NCBI RefSeq assembly: GCF_001194135.2
Contig: NC_068986.1
Coordinates: forward strand, 71,417,833-71,465,458
From: Octopus bimaculoides
Taxonomy: Eukaryota
Reading direction: 5' to 3'
Length of the DNA: 47,626 nucleotides
Shown: positions 1-12,899 of the stretch, one piece after another
Position numbering within the stretch: position 1 is the first letter of the stretch
How the letters are laid out: every line of letters begins with the position of its first letter
Translations under genes and position numbers: made by a program
Notes under the pieces: model-generated
Databases searched by the model: none
Seen by the model: the letters and a program-made list of their open reading frames with translations, nothing else
Told to the model about the DNA's origin: nothing

Positions 1-55
<55 letters not shown>

Positions 56-530
56 GTGTGTGTGTGTGTGTATGCATATATATGCATAGTGTATATATAT
101 ATATATATGCTTGTTTGTATGTATGCATGCATCAGCAGTGTGTCAATACGTGCATGTATATATTCCTATATATGTGTGTGTTTGTGTGTATACACACATA
201 CATGCATATATATTTATATTGAGAGAGAGAGGAGGGGAGAGAGAGAGGGAGATAAATCGAGGTAGGCATATAGATACAAAGCTGTTGCTTCTAGCGTGAA
301 TGTAAGGCATGAATGGAGTGCATAAGATATATAAGCATATATAACAAGTCATATCTTAATATATTTCATTTCTGTGAGAGACAGCTTGACGGACGATGGA
401 TTGACACATTGACATGTATCACTTAGTGTCAATTATGTAAGCGTTGCTATATAGTCACGCTGCCTGCATGTGTGTACATATCAGTACTTATGCGCATACA
501 TGTCACATGTATGCAATCTATCTATCTATC

Positions 531-576
<46 letters not shown>

Positions 577-595
577 GTTGTTGTTGTTGTCATCA

Positions 596-633
<38 letters not shown>

Positions 634-639
634 TTTCTA

Positions 640-1101
640 GGCGGCGAGGTGGCAGAATTGTTAGCATGCTGGGCAAAATGCTTAGCGACGTTTCAGCCGT
701 CCACACGTTCTGAGTTCAAATTCCGCCGAGGTCGACATTGCCTTTCATCGTTTCGGGGTCGATGAATCACGTATCCGTGAAACACTGGGGTCAATGTAAT
801 CGACTAGTCCCCTCCCACCAAATTTGAGGCCTTGTGCCTTCAGTAGAAAGGATTCTTCTTCTTATTATTATTATTGTTGTTGTTCTAGGTGGCGAGTTGA
901 CAGAATCGTTAGCACGCCGGAAAAAAAAGCTTCACGGCATTTCGTCCGTCTTTACGTTCTGAGTTCAAATTCCGCCGAAGTTGACTTTGCCTATCATCCT
1001 TTCGGGAAGGAAGAAATAGGTACCAGTTGAACAGTGGGGTCGATGTAATCGACTCATCCCCTCCCCTCAAATCACTGCCCTTGTGGCAAAATTTGAAATC
1101 A

Positions 1102-1140
<39 letters not shown>

Positions 1141-1360
1141 TAGGCCGCGAAGTGGTAGAATTGCTAGCACGCCGGAGAAAATACTTAGCGGCATTTCGTC
1201 TGTCATTACGATTTGAGTTCGAATTCTGCCAAGGTCGACTTTGCTTTCCATCTCCTTCCAGGGTCGATAAGATAAGTATCAGTTAAGCACTGGGGTCGAT
1301 ATAATCGATTTAACCCATCTCCCAAACTTGCTGGACGTGTGCCAAAATTCGAAACCATGA
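640..1360 (+). mobile_element. Three tandem copies of tRNA-derived SINE family A (about 640-855, 888-1100, 1143-1360) separated by (ATT)n
   Basis: Each copy has GGCGGCGAG-like head, B-box-like GAGTTCAAATTCC, GGGGTCGAT core and GCCTTGTG-like tail. Confidence 0.9.
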
Positions 1361-2683
1361 TTATGATTATTATTATTATTATTATTATTAGCATTGTTTT
1401 TTTACTTATTTATTCTGAAGTGCTGTAGCATGTAATATATACACGTAGGTTCTACCATCCTTGCGATTTTCTTCTGTGGAAGATGTTTTTATTTATTTTA
1501 ATAGTTTTGCCATGGATTTAGTCGGTAAAAACTAGAGGCATTTTGATATTTTGTCGTTGTTTATTTGTGCCATATAATCTGAGATAGGCTGCACGAGTTG
1601 ATTATTTAAATAAGGGCATTCTATTGATACGTGGATAGATAGATAAATAGATAGATATATATACGTACATACATACATACAAACATTCAAATATTCATGT
1701 GTATATGTACATATGTGATATATATATATATATATATATAGGGAGAGAGAGAAAGAGATTTGATGTACTGTATGTAATATATATGACTATGTGTCTGTGC
1801 GAAAATATACGCAAATATTATGTATATATTATACATAAAAGAAATTGTTGTATACAGAGCTCAGGTGCACTACAACTAGGAAAAAAATATATATATAAAT
1901 ACACCCAATTATACACACATATACGCAAGTAGATACATGTACACACATAAATATACACACCTGTGTTAATTATTTCAAACAACCTCTTACAAATACCACC
2001 TTACAAATTTTATGTCTTTCAAATTTAGTTGTGAGCTATTATAAATTTGTAAGATAATTTCAGTGTCTTTTTAACAGATATCTGAAAGAAAAAGAAAGAA
2101 AAATGGTGACTTCCCACTACTAGAATCTCTCCTTCAATCTCAATCACACACAAGCCTCTTAAAAAATGTGATGGACAGAACAGGTGATTCCATTGGTTAA
2201 TATAGTCCTACATACACTAGGTCGGAATGTGATCACATAGTCATGGATGCAGTATCTATATTCAATCAGAGTCGGCCTGTGGTTAAATAACAACAGCTGC
2301 AGTTGCTTCTTTATTTGGCAGTTAAAACAAATTTTAAATTGTAAGAAGTAATTCCGAGATTTTCTGAAGGTAATAGAGGGTTATTCATATATATATATAT
2401 ATATATATATATAAATCCGTTGGGTGCCCACATTTTTATTCTCTCTAATATATATATGTTTCGTTTAGTTAAAAAATTAAAGATGAATATTTTCTATATA
2501 ATTAAATAAAATTATTAAATTCAGCTGCGTTAAAGAAATATGTTGAAGAAGGCAAATGAAAATTCATTTACATAAATGAAAAATAAATTAGACAAAGCAC
2601 GTGTGACGTTTTTAAAAACACGTGGAGCAACTTATTGTTGCCGCTCCTCTTTATTCTATAGAATCAGAGACTTTGGTATTCAC

Positions 2684-2729
2684 GTGCTTATTCTATTTAT
2701 GTTTCCTTTCTCAGTGAAGTCATTAATGT
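2684..2729 (-). CDS. Weak candidate next exon (46 nt): (D)INDFTEKGNINRIS
   Basis: Acceptor gaatgttcag| and donor AC|gtgaat; in phase with the 3137 exon end. Short, with mediocre signals. Confidence 0.18.
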
Positions 2730-3136
2730 CTGAACATTCGTAGTGTTTAGATATTAACGTATACAAAGTAAAAGAAATGTGATACTAAATAGGAACCAAG
2801 TGAGATAGATGTGTATGCGGTTTAACATCTAACAATATCTAGTGCTTACCAAATTTATCTGAATTTGGTCACGTGTCGATTACTATTCTCACATTTAAAT
2901 TAGTATCAAGACTTTGGCCCCTTATCTTAAGCTGTCAGACCGAACCGATTATTTGCACTTTTATTAAACCTAGTAATTCAAGCTAGTTGCAGTGAAGAAA
3001 AAGCACGCAATATGTTTATCACCTCACATGTTCAATTAAACCAGAATGCCTAATGTAATTTTAAATACGTCAGTTATCCTCTATTTATGATGAAGTTCAA
3101 ATTCATCAGACTATGCAGTTATTTCACTTCACTAAC

Positions 3137-3318
3137 CAAATGCTATGTCTCTTCTTCTGTCTAGGTAGTATTTTTCTGTCTTTCTCCATCTACGTGAATC
3201 TATGTATAACGTCTGCGTATCTTTACACAGTAGAAGATAATCAACGAAAGCTAATTTAAAAGCGTGAATAGCTTCGTATGTTGAGAGCAAATCGTGATCT
3301 TCATTCCGCCTCTCTGCA
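3137..3318 (-). CDS. Candidate internal coding exon (182 nt, phase 2 in / phase 1 out) of an unidentified host gene: AERRNEDHDLLSTYEAIHAFKLAFVDYLLLCKDTQTLYIDSRRWRKTEKYYLDRRRDIAF
   Basis: Acceptor ctaattcaatttctcctcag| (CTAAT branch motif plus pyrimidine tract) and donor G|gttagt. Only one of three frames is open. Non-repetitive, protein-like composition. Confidence 0.55.
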
Positions 3319-4547
3319 CTGAGGAGAAATTGAATTAGTTCAATTAGTTTAGATGGAAATACAGACATCTCAAACATATCTGTATATGTATTTACATACA
3401 TACACACATAAACACACAAACACATACACATGTGTGTGTATGTATGTGTGCTTGTGTGTATGTGTGTGTGTGTATGCACGAATTTATAGGCGCTTGCCTG
3501 TAATTACATGAACTGGCAAATCGTTCGGTAAACAATCAAATCTATTTTAACTGTTTATATTCGCACCTATAACTATATTTTTGAGCTGCAGTATCTCTGC
3601 AAAAGATCGATTGACGTCAAAAGTTTCCCAAACTTTTACTCCCACTTGCATCTTAGCACGATTTCACTACCTATTTTAGGACACACAATTCCTAGTTCAA
3701 AGTTCAAGTCTGCTTTTCTCTGTGTTCTTTTGAAATTCTTTTATCTCCTGGCAAATTTATTCTTCTCTTGATATGAAAACTGCAACTACTACCGTAATCA
3801 GTGCAGCTGTTGTAGCTGCTGCTACAGTAGCAGCGACTAACACTGTTGTTGCAAGAGAAACCAAACACAACCACTTTTAACATCACCACAACTACCGCAG
3901 TAAACGCAGAAGAGAAATACTACTATTACAGATATATAGAAAGAAATAAAACTATGATAGCAATGATCACAATATCTAAAATGTTATCACACATACTCAG
4001 CAGCGTTTTCATCATCATCACCGATATCATCAGTAACACAGCCACCACAACCATCATTACCGCCACCATCATCATCATCGTCATCATCAATATCATCATC
4101 ATCGTCTTTATCATTACCATCCTTGTCAACATCACCATTATCATCATCGTCACCTTCATAATGATCGTGATAATGATCATGATGATGCCGATCATCATGT
4201 ATAGAACGAAGTAAAAGGAAGTAAGACGAATTAAGACTACTACTATATACCTAAATATATTTTGTTTTCTACAAATGTATTGCCTTTCCTTTAGTCTAAC
4301 CATATATGGTATGAAAATTTTGCCAAGCATCTCCCAGTGGATAGTACTGATATACAGAATGAAGTGTAAACTCATTGTTCATTCAATGAGCACATGCCTA
4401 ACTTCAGGGAACTGTGGAAGAATTTCCCATGGGGTCACCATTCAAATTGAATTGTTTTATTATATAAATATATGTTCACATGTTTGTGTGAGTGTGTGTG
4501 TGTTTGTTATAAACATACATGCATATCGGTATAAATGTATATATAAA

Positions 4548-4579
<32 letters not shown>

Positions 4580-4761
4580 NNNNNNNNNNNNNNNNNNNNN
4601 NNNNNNNNNNNNNNNNNNNNNNNNNNNNNNNNNNNNNNNNNNNNNNNNNNNNNNNNNNNNNNNNNNNNNNNNNNNNNNNNNNNNNNNNNNNNNNNNNNNN
4701 NNNNNNNNNNNNNNNNNNNNNNNNNNNNNNNNNNNNNNNNNNNNNNNNNNNNNNNTATATA

Positions 4762-4820
<59 letters not shown>

Positions 4821-4865
4821 GTGTTTTTTTGTGTATATAAAAGTATATATATGCATGCACGTATG

Positions 4866-4902
<37 letters not shown>

Positions 4903-6634
4903 ATATCCATATCCATATATCTATCTATATAGATGCACACACACACACACACACACACATATATGTATACACACATATACATTGATGTGCAAATATTTAC
5001 ATTAGGTTAGTGCCACACACAAAACTCCTGGTTACTGAATCGCCTTTGTAACTTGCCCTAGTGCTAAAATACAAAATATGTCAGTCTTCTTCTTCTTCTT
5101 CTTCTTCTTCTTCTTCTTCTTCTTCTTCTTCTTCTTCTTCTTCTTCTTCTTCTTCTTCTTCTTCTTCTTCTCTCTATCTCTCCCTGTATGAGAATATTTC
5201 TAAATATCTATTATATATTATATTATATTATATATATAAATATATATATACACTTATATATATATGTATATATATATACATATATATATATATATANNNN
5301 NNNNNNNNNNNNNNNNNNNNNNNNNNNNNNNNNNNNNNNNNNNNNNNNNNNNNNNNNNNNNNNNNNNNNNNNNNNNNNNNNNNNNNNNNNNNNNNNNNNN
5401 NNNNNNNNNNNNNNNNNNNNNNNNNNNNNNNNNNNNNNNNNNNNNNNNNNNNNNNNNNNNNNNNNNNNNNNNNNNNNNNNNNNNNNNNNNNNNNNNNNNN
5501 NNNNNNNNNNNNNNNNNNNNNNNNNNNNNNNNNNNNNNNNNNNNNNNNNNNNNNNNNNNNNNNNNNNNNNNNNNNNNNNNNNNNNNNNNNNNNNNNNNNN
5601 NNNNNNNNNNNNNNNNNNNNNNNNNNNNNNNNNNNNNNNNNNNNNNNNNNNNNNNNNNNNNNNNNNNNNNNNNNNNNNNNNNNNNNNNNNNNNNNNNNNN
5701 NNNNNNNNNNNNNNNNNNNNNNNNNNNNNNNNNNNNNNNNNNNNNNNNNNNNNNNNNNNNNNNNNNNNNNNNNNNNNNNNNNNNNNNNNNNNNNNNNNNN
5801 NNNNNNNNNNNNNNNNNNNNNNNNNNNNNNNNNNNNNNNNNNNNNNNNNNNNNNNNNNNNNNNNNNNNNNNNNNNNNNNNNNNNNNNNNNNNNNNNNNNN
5901 NNNNNNNNNNNNNNNNNNNNNNNNNNNNNNNNNNNNNNNNNNNNNNNNNNNNNNNNNNNNNNNNNNNNNNNNNNNNNNNNNNNNNNNNNNNNNNNNNNNN
6001 NNNNNNNNNNNNNNNNNNNNNNNNNNNNNNNNNNNNNNNNNNNNNNNNNNNNNNNNNNNNNNNNNNNNNNNNNNNNNNNNNNNNNNNNNNNNNNNNNNNN
6101 NNNNNNNNNNNNNNNNNNNNNNNNNNNNNNNNNNNNNNNNNNNNNNNNNNNNNNNNNNNNNNNNNNNNNNNNNNNNNNNNNNNNNNNNNNNNNNNNNNNN
6201 NNNNNNNNNNNNNNNNNNNNNNNNNNNNNNNNNNNNNNNNNNNNNNNNNNNNNNNNNNNNNNNNNNNNNNNNNNATATATATATATATATATACACACAC
6301 ATACATACATATATACTTACATACATACACATACTTATATGCTGAAATACACATGCAAGCATGGCCACCCACCCACACATACAAACACCCACATGTAGGA
6401 GTGAATAAAAAGGCGAATGATAGTAGCACTCAACAGATTTGTTTTGACTTGAATATAAATTGAATAACAGTCTCACTGAACTCCACATCATTTGAAGTTT
6501 CGTGGGCGTACATACGTAAACAAAAATTATACATGCATCCAAAGCAATGCGTATGTATGTATGTATGTATGTATGTATGTATGTATATATATATATATAT
6601 GTATACATACATGTATATATACATACACCGTATA

Positions 6635-6699
<65 letters not shown>

Positions 6700-7017
6700 A
6701 CACACCCATATATATATGAACGTATGTGTATATATGAATGAACATTCACATGGATATACGCTCACTCCCACGTACATACACACCTCCACGCCATTCTCAA
6801 ATATATAGTAGTGCGTGACAAGACGAAGGAAAGTAGTACTCAACATATTTGCTTTACTGAATAACAGTTTGACTTGTTTCCTTCGTATTTCACGTTTCGT
6901 GGGTGTAGTATATGTCCACCTCTTTAGGCTTCCTTAGTCAGCTTGTGAAGGGTACCTACACACACGAAACTGAAAAGAATGCAGAGTTCAGTCAAACCGC
7001 TGTTATATATATATGTG

Positions 7018-7085
<68 letters not shown>

Positions 7086-7111
7086 TTTATACGTATACAT
7101 ACTTGCTTTTC

Positions 7112-7509
7112 TTTTATTCTTGTACTTGTTTCAGTCATTTAACTTCGGGCATGTTGGAGCACCACGTTTTAGTCGAAGAAATCCACCCCTGCACCTATTC
7201 TTTGTAAGCCTGGTATTTATTCTGTCTGTATGTTCTACCGAACCGCTAGTTTACGTGTACGTAAACACACCAACATCAGTTGTCAAGCGATGGGGCGGGG
7301 AAGGGAGACACACAGACGCAAAGACACATAAATATGTACATATATATAGACGACGGGCTTCTTTCAGTTTCCGTCTACCAAATCCATTCACAAGGTTTTA
7401 GTCGGCTATAGTAGATGATACTTGTCCAAAGTGTCACGCAATGAGACTGAACCCAGCACCCTGTGATTGGGAAGCAAGCTTCTTACCGCACAGCCATGCC
7501 TGCGCCTAC
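7112..7509 (-). mobile_element. SINE family B, near full length
   Basis: Reverse complement of AGGCGCAGG(C/A)GTGGCTGTG...GGTTCAG...GACGGAAACTGAAAGAAGCCCGTCG...TGACAACC...AAATGACTGAAACAAGT. Confidence 0.9.
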
Positions 7510-7515
7510 GTCTAT

Positions 7516-7850
7516 GTAGGCGCAGGCGTGGCTGTGTGGTAAAAGATTTGCTTCCCAACCTTATGGTTCCGAGTTCAGTTCCATTTCGTGCCACCTTGGG
7601 TAAGTGTCTTGTACTGAAAGAAGCATTTTGTCTTATGTCTGTGTTTGCTGTTTGTCCCCCACCACCGCTTGACAACCGGTGTTGGAGTATTCACGTTCCA
7701 TTAACTAGCAGTTCGGCAAAAGAAACCGATAGAATAAGTACAAACCAGGCTTTAAATATAATAATTATTGGGGTCGATTCGTTAGACTAAAATTCTTCAA
7801 GGCGGTGCCCTAGCATGGTCGCAGTTTAATGACAGAAACAAGTAAAAGGT
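7516..7850 (+). mobile_element. SINE family B with internal deletion
   Basis: Same head and tail motifs as 7112-7509, in opposite orientation. Confidence 0.9.
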
Positions 7851-7854
7851 AATA

Positions 7855-8520
7855 TGTAGGCATGGCTATGTAGTAAGAGGCTTGGTTTCCAACCACATGG
7901 TTCAGGGTTCAGTCCCACTGCGTGGCACCTTGGTGGGTGTCTTCTACTACAGTAATCCTTCGACTATCGCGGGTGTGACGTTACAAAAGCCCCCCGCGAT
8001 AGGTGAAAATCCGCGAAGTAGAAACAGTACTGTGGTGTATATTTAAAAAAATTATTTCTATAATTTGTATGTATTTATTTTATTATAAATGCAAAACAAC
8101 ACCACAGAGGATCGACGTAAGCTTAGACAATAAACCGCCATAGGTGAACCGCAATATGGTGAGGGATTACAGTATAGCTTTGGGCCGACTAAAGCCTTGT
8201 GAGTGGATTCGGTAGACGGAAACTGAGAGAAGCTCGTCCTATATAAATATATGCACTTTTATGTGTGATGTCTCTGTGTCTGTGTTTGTGCCCCCACCAC
8301 CGCCATCGCTTGACGAACGATGTTTGTGCCCCCACTGTCGCTTGGCAACCGATGTTAGATGTGTTTACGTTCCCGTAACTTAGCGGTTAGGCAAAAAAGA
8401 ACAATAGAATAAGTACTAGGCACACAAAGAATAAGCTTCGGGTCGATTTGTTCCACTAAAAGCCGTGTTCTAGCATGGCTGCAGTCAAATGACTGAAACT
8501 AGTAGAGGAATAAAAGAATA
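7855..8520 (+). mobile_element. SINE family B interrupted by a MITE
   Basis: SINE reading TCTTCTAC-TA-TAGC is split at the TA and resumes at 8175. Confidence 0.85.
7950..8172. mobile_element. 223-bp non-autonomous Tc1/mariner (Tigger/pogo-like) MITE
   Basis: TA duplication (7948-7949, 8173-8174). Imperfect TIRs CAGTAATCCTTCG...GAGGGATTACAG. Subterminal CCGC(G/C)ATAGGTGAA motif at both ends. Confidence 0.8.
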
Positions 8521-8635
8521 TATGTGTGTGTATGTACGCCGATGATTTGTAATTTTAGCTTGTATTTTAATATTTCTGGATTAGGTCCCCTCCAATGTTT
8601 TGGCTTTCTAATATAAAATTAAAACCGTTTATATA

Positions 8636-8728
8636 TGCAGGCACAAGCGTGGCTGCATGGTAAGAAGCTTTTTTCCCAACCAGGTGGTTCCGGGTTCAGT
8701 CCCGCTATATGGCACTTTGGGCAAAGTC
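8636..8728 (+). mobile_element. SINE family B head, truncated at the LINE junction
   Basis: GCGTGGCTGCATGGTAAGAAGC...GGTTCCGGGTTCAGTCCC...GGCACTTTGGGCAA. Confidence 0.8.
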
Positions 8729-8729
8729 T

Positions 8730-10540
8730 CCTCTCTCTGGTTCTGAAGGTCTTCAGGATCTAGCCAGCCAGCCGGCAGCACTTTGTCACCCTCTTGGTAA
8801 TGTACACTTGGAAAGAGGTATCATCACTCATGTCGATACTTAGGTACTGGGATTATAATCCCTCCTAGATCAGTGTACCCTGTAAGTTTTACGTTCAGTT
8901 TTGGGTGCTGGTAGCGCAGAACTTCGAATTTTCTAGCATTAAACTATATATTATTGTCCTCAGTCCATCTGTAAATTGTGTCCAACTCCTGCTGCAGGCG
9001 TGCAACATCGCTAGGATTTTGTGTTTTCTGCGAGACTTTCGTATCGTCTGCGTAGCTAACAAGGGTGGCTGTGCTGGCTGTGGTCCCAAGACAGTGCTCT
9101 GTGGAACACTACTAACTATTTGTGTTTCCTTTGAGGTGGATCAATTGGCCACCACTGACTGACTTCTATCTTTCAGAGTCATGTAACCACTCTCTAAGTT
9201 TTCCAGCTATACCAAAATCGCGCAGTTTGTGGCATATCATACCATGATCAACTTAATCAAAAGCTTTTGCAAAGTCAAGGTATATTACGTCCACATTTGG
9301 TTGTAAAGTAACTGCTTCAACACCCAGTCATAGAGGTGTCAGCAGCTCCTACCCGGTCAAAAACCAGGCTGGGTATCACCCAGCAAGTTGTTTTCTTCAA
9401 GGAATGCGATTTGTTTCTCTCTGACTATTCGTTTCATGACTTTGCTGATGTGTGAAGTCAAAGAAATAGACCTACATTTTTAGCATCTGCTCTGCTTCTT
9501 CCTTTATGGATTGAGCGTATTATTCCCTCCTTAAGTTTGCTTGGCTGCTTGGCATTATAAAAAAAAACTCTGGAAGAGAATCTTTTGCGAGGGCACATTT
9601 GCACGATTTGAGGAGGATTGCTGGGAAACCATCAGGGCTAGCAGCTGAGTTTGCTTTCACCTCATCTATGGCTAGCCGTAAATCTTCCCCAATGTCGATG
9701 TAATCCATTGTAACTGCCTCCCTGGTTATAGGTGAGGCGGCAAAGAAATCCACTGGTTTGTTACTTGTCCGTGTTCCAATGGGGTAGTAACGACACTTTT
9801 GAACTGGTCATTCAGTACTTCACTGATCCTGGTCGCGTTATCTGTGAGGGAGCAGTCCTTCTGGAAAAGGGGTCCAAATTTGCAGAGTACCGACGCAATT
9901 TCTTTGGCATAATGAAAGAAGGCCTTTGCGTTTGACTATTTTTTTTTATAACAAGGCTTCTTTGTCTGCTCTCTCTCCTTCACATCGGATTGTGGCAGGA
10001 TTTTTCAATCTCTATCAGTGTTGTTTTGAGGAGGGACCTTTCACTACTTCTGGGATTTTGGTTGAAATGATTTGCAGCCTTCGTCTCATAAGGATCTTCC
10101 TCTCCCTTAGAATCTCGTTCCTTTTTGTGTTGACCTTGTACTCTGGGACATATTTATAGCATGTGACTTGTATAACACACATGAAATACTCTAGGTTCAT
10201 GCTGATGTCTGGTGTGGAGAGACATTTCGGCCAGTTCTGTCTGCGGATCTCTTTTTGAATCGATTTCAAGTACGCTTTGGGGAAGTTCAGACTGGAGAAA
10301 TTTTTGGTGTTTCCTTAAGGTTGTATGTCTGTGGCTACATTTGGTCCATACATAGACAGCTCTATTATGTTGTGATCCGAAACTAATGTCGGTGTCATTT
10401 CCACATTATGAATGATATCCATATTGTTTGTGAGGCAGAGATCCAATATGTTATTTGCCTTGGTTGGTTGGAATACAATTTACCCCATAAATAGGGCATT
10501 GTTCAGGTTGAGCAGGGACTCCACCTGCACTTGTTTGCAA
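8730..10540 (-). mobile_element. Degenerate CR1-group LINE ORF2 (APE endonuclease C-terminus plus RT N-half)
   Basis: Translated motifs NNILDLCLTNN...SDHNIIEL (APE), SAASPDGFPAILLKSCK, SLTSHISKVM, VDHGMICHKL, SVPQSTVLGP. Multiple stops and frameshifts. Confidence 0.85.
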
Positions 10541-11571
10541 TGAGTCATTCCTGTATAGCTATTAAATATTACATATTTGTATACATATATACATGTATAT
10601 ATATATATATATATNNNNNNNNNNNNNNNNNNNNNNNNNNNNNNNNNNNNNNNNNNNNNNNNNNNNNNNNNNNNNNNNNNNNNNNNNNNNNNNNNNNNNN
10701 NNNNNNNNNNNNNNNNNNNNNNNNNNNNNNNNNNNNNNNNNNNNNNNNNNNNNNNNNNNNNNNNNNNNNNNNNNNNNNNNNNNNNNNNNNNNNNNNNNNN
10801 NNNNNNNNNNNNNNNNNNNNNNNNNNNNNNNNNNNNNNNNNNNNNNNNNNNNNNNNNNNNNNNNNNNNNNNNNNNNNNNNNNNNNNNNNNNNNNNNNNNN
10901 NNNNNNNNNNNNNNNNNNNNNNNNNNNNNNNNNNNNNNNNNNNNNNNNNNNNNNNNNNNNNNNNNNNNNNNNNNNNNNNNNNNNNNNNNNNNNNNNNNNN
11001 NNNNNNNNNNNNNNNNNNNNNNNNNNNNNNNNNNNNNNNNNNNNNNNNNNNNNNNNNNNNNNNNNNNNNNNNNNNNNNNNNNNNNNNNNNNNNNNNNNNN
11101 NNNNNNNNNNNNNNNNNNNNNNNNNNNNNNNNNNNNNNNNNNNNNNNNNNNNNNNNNNNNNNNNNNNNNNNNNNNNNNNNNNNNNNNNNNNNNNNNNNNN
11201 NNNNNNNNNNNNNNNNNNNNNNNNNNNNNNNNNNNNNNNNNNNNNNTCTACAATGAGATCAAAGTGTGGGTCCATGACTTTGGCGATCAGCTTCGCATGA
11301 GAACGATAAAGAATCAAGATTTCACCAAAACTAACTTGCCATGATAGGAAAGATAATCTTTTTGACTGAAAACAAGAGACACACTCTCCCTAGGTGTCTT
11401 CAGCGTAGCAGTCACCCTACTACATCCCTTTTAGAAGAAGACATCTTAGATATTATAGAGTAAAGCATGTTTATGGTCAAGGTAATGTGCTTAAATGAAA
11501 CGAATATAAATATACATGAATATTTTGCATATTTGTCCCAATTTTGAATTGTTTACTATAAGTGGTAGGTA

Positions 11572-11785
11572 GGTCGGTGAGCTGGAAGTATAGTTAGCAA
11601 GTCGGGCAAAATACTTCGCAGCATTTCGTTCGTCCTTACGCCCTGCGTTCAAATGCCGCTGAGGTCGACTTTGCCCTTCATCTTTTCGTGTCAAGGAAAT
11701 AGGTAACAGTCGAGGACTGGGGTCGGTGTAATCGGCATACCCACATTGCCGAACCTGCTGGCCTTGTGCCAAACTTTAAACCAAT
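11572..11785 (+). mobile_element. SINE family A, diverged
   Basis: GTTCAAATGCCGCTGAGGTCGACTTTGCC...GGGGTCGG...GGCCTTGTGCC. Confidence 0.85.
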
Positions 11786-11886
11786 ATATCTAAATGATAT
11801 GTTAGGTGAAGTTTCAAGCTGCTAACGTTGGTTCTGAGGGAAATTTGACTGCGATAACAAGTTGAAACGGCTGCATAAACACTCAC

Positions 11887-11963
11887 TTTTGACCGTGACA
11901 GTTCTGTATTTTCTTTTGTTCTTGTTTCTTTTCAAACACGATCTCTAGAGATCTATTGTTCCT
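11887..11963 (-). CDS. Candidate internal exon (77 nt, phase 0 in / phase 2 out): RNNRSLEIVFEKKQEQKKIQNCHGQ
   Basis: Acceptor aagtcttttgatacag| and strong donor AA|gtgagt. Only frame 0 is open. Phases match exons 14412-14696 and 3137-3318. Confidence 0.4.
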
Positions 11964-12185
11964 CTGTATCAAAAGACTTATATTATAATGGAATGATATA
12001 ACAGATTAAACAACTATTGCTTAGCAGATCATGAGATCATGCAAAAACACAGACGGTAGCTCGACAATACCCATAGAGTTTCAAAGTACGTGCAACTCGG
12101 GCATTTGTTACGCACATGACTCTCTTCTTTTCTCAGTCTATCTACATTTATCTCTCTTTCTCTCTTACTTACTATGTACGTATAA

Positions 12186-12228
<43 letters not shown>

Positions 12229-12250
12229 AGTATTTATATGTATATATATA

Positions 12251-12431
12251 TAGGCGCAGGTGTGGCTGTGTGGTACGAAGCTTGCTTCCCAACCACATTG
12301 TTCTGGGTTCAGTCCCACTGCGTGTCTTCTACTATAGCTTTGGGCCGACCACAGCCTTGTTAGTGGATTTGATGAACGGGAACTGAAAGAAACACGTCGT
12401 ATATATATATATATATATACGACGTGTTTCT
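12251..12431 (+). mobile_element. SINE family B 5' half ending in a fold-back at (AT)n before a gap
   Basis: Family B head; AGAAACACGTCG(TA)nCGACGTGTTTCT palindrome. Confidence 0.85.
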
Positions 12432-12837
12432 NNNNNNNNNNNNNNNNNNNNNNNNNNNNNNNNNNNNNNNNNNNNNNNNNNNNNNNNNNNNNNNNNNNNN
12501 NNNNNNNNNNNNNNNNNNNNNNNNNNNNNNNNNNNNNNNNNNNNNNNNNNNNNNNNNNNNNNNNNNNNNNNNNNNNNNNNNNNNNNNNNNNNNNNNNNNN
12601 NNNNNNNNNNNNNNNNNNNNNNNNNNNNNNNNNNNNNNNNNNNNNNNNNNNNNNNNNNNNNNNNNNNNNNNNNNNNNNNNNNNNNNNNNNNNNNNNNNNN
12701 NNNNNNNNNNNNNNNNNNNNNNNNNNNNNNNNNNNNNNNNNNNNNNNNNNNNNNNNNNNNNNNNNNNNNNNNNNNNNNNNNNNNNNNNNNNNNNNNNNNN
12801 NNNNNNNNNNNTATATACACATGCATACACACACATA

Positions 12838-12899
<62 letters not shown>

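Noticed and set aside
1850-2390. Segment that looks like a dispersed repeat
   Set aside because: No second copy, termini or coding motif visible in this window, so it cannot be classified.
2845-2990. Strong minus-strand donor G|gtaagc at about 2850
   Set aside because: All upstream acceptors give stops in every frame, except a 9-nt microexon (ATAAATTTG) that I cannot support.
3846-4214. Ile/Thr- and Met-rich ORFs on both strands
   Set aside because: Degenerate (ATC)n/(ACC)n repeat; no splice or homology support.
4305-4350. 46-nt minus-strand exon candidate ending in phase 2
   Set aside because: Weak donor (gttaga) and ambiguous frame; chance occurrence likely.
4275-6846. Long ORFs (236-508 aa) in the ORF track, and similar ones at 10.5-11.3, 12.2-13, 20-20.7, 23-23.8 and 33.8-35.6 kb
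   Set aside because: They are translations of N runs and microsatellites (poly-X, YIYI, CVCV, HTHT).
12384-12431. Perfect palindrome around (AT)n as a functional hairpin
   Set aside because: Abuts a gap and matches typical snap-back artefacts; kept only as part of the fold-back pattern.
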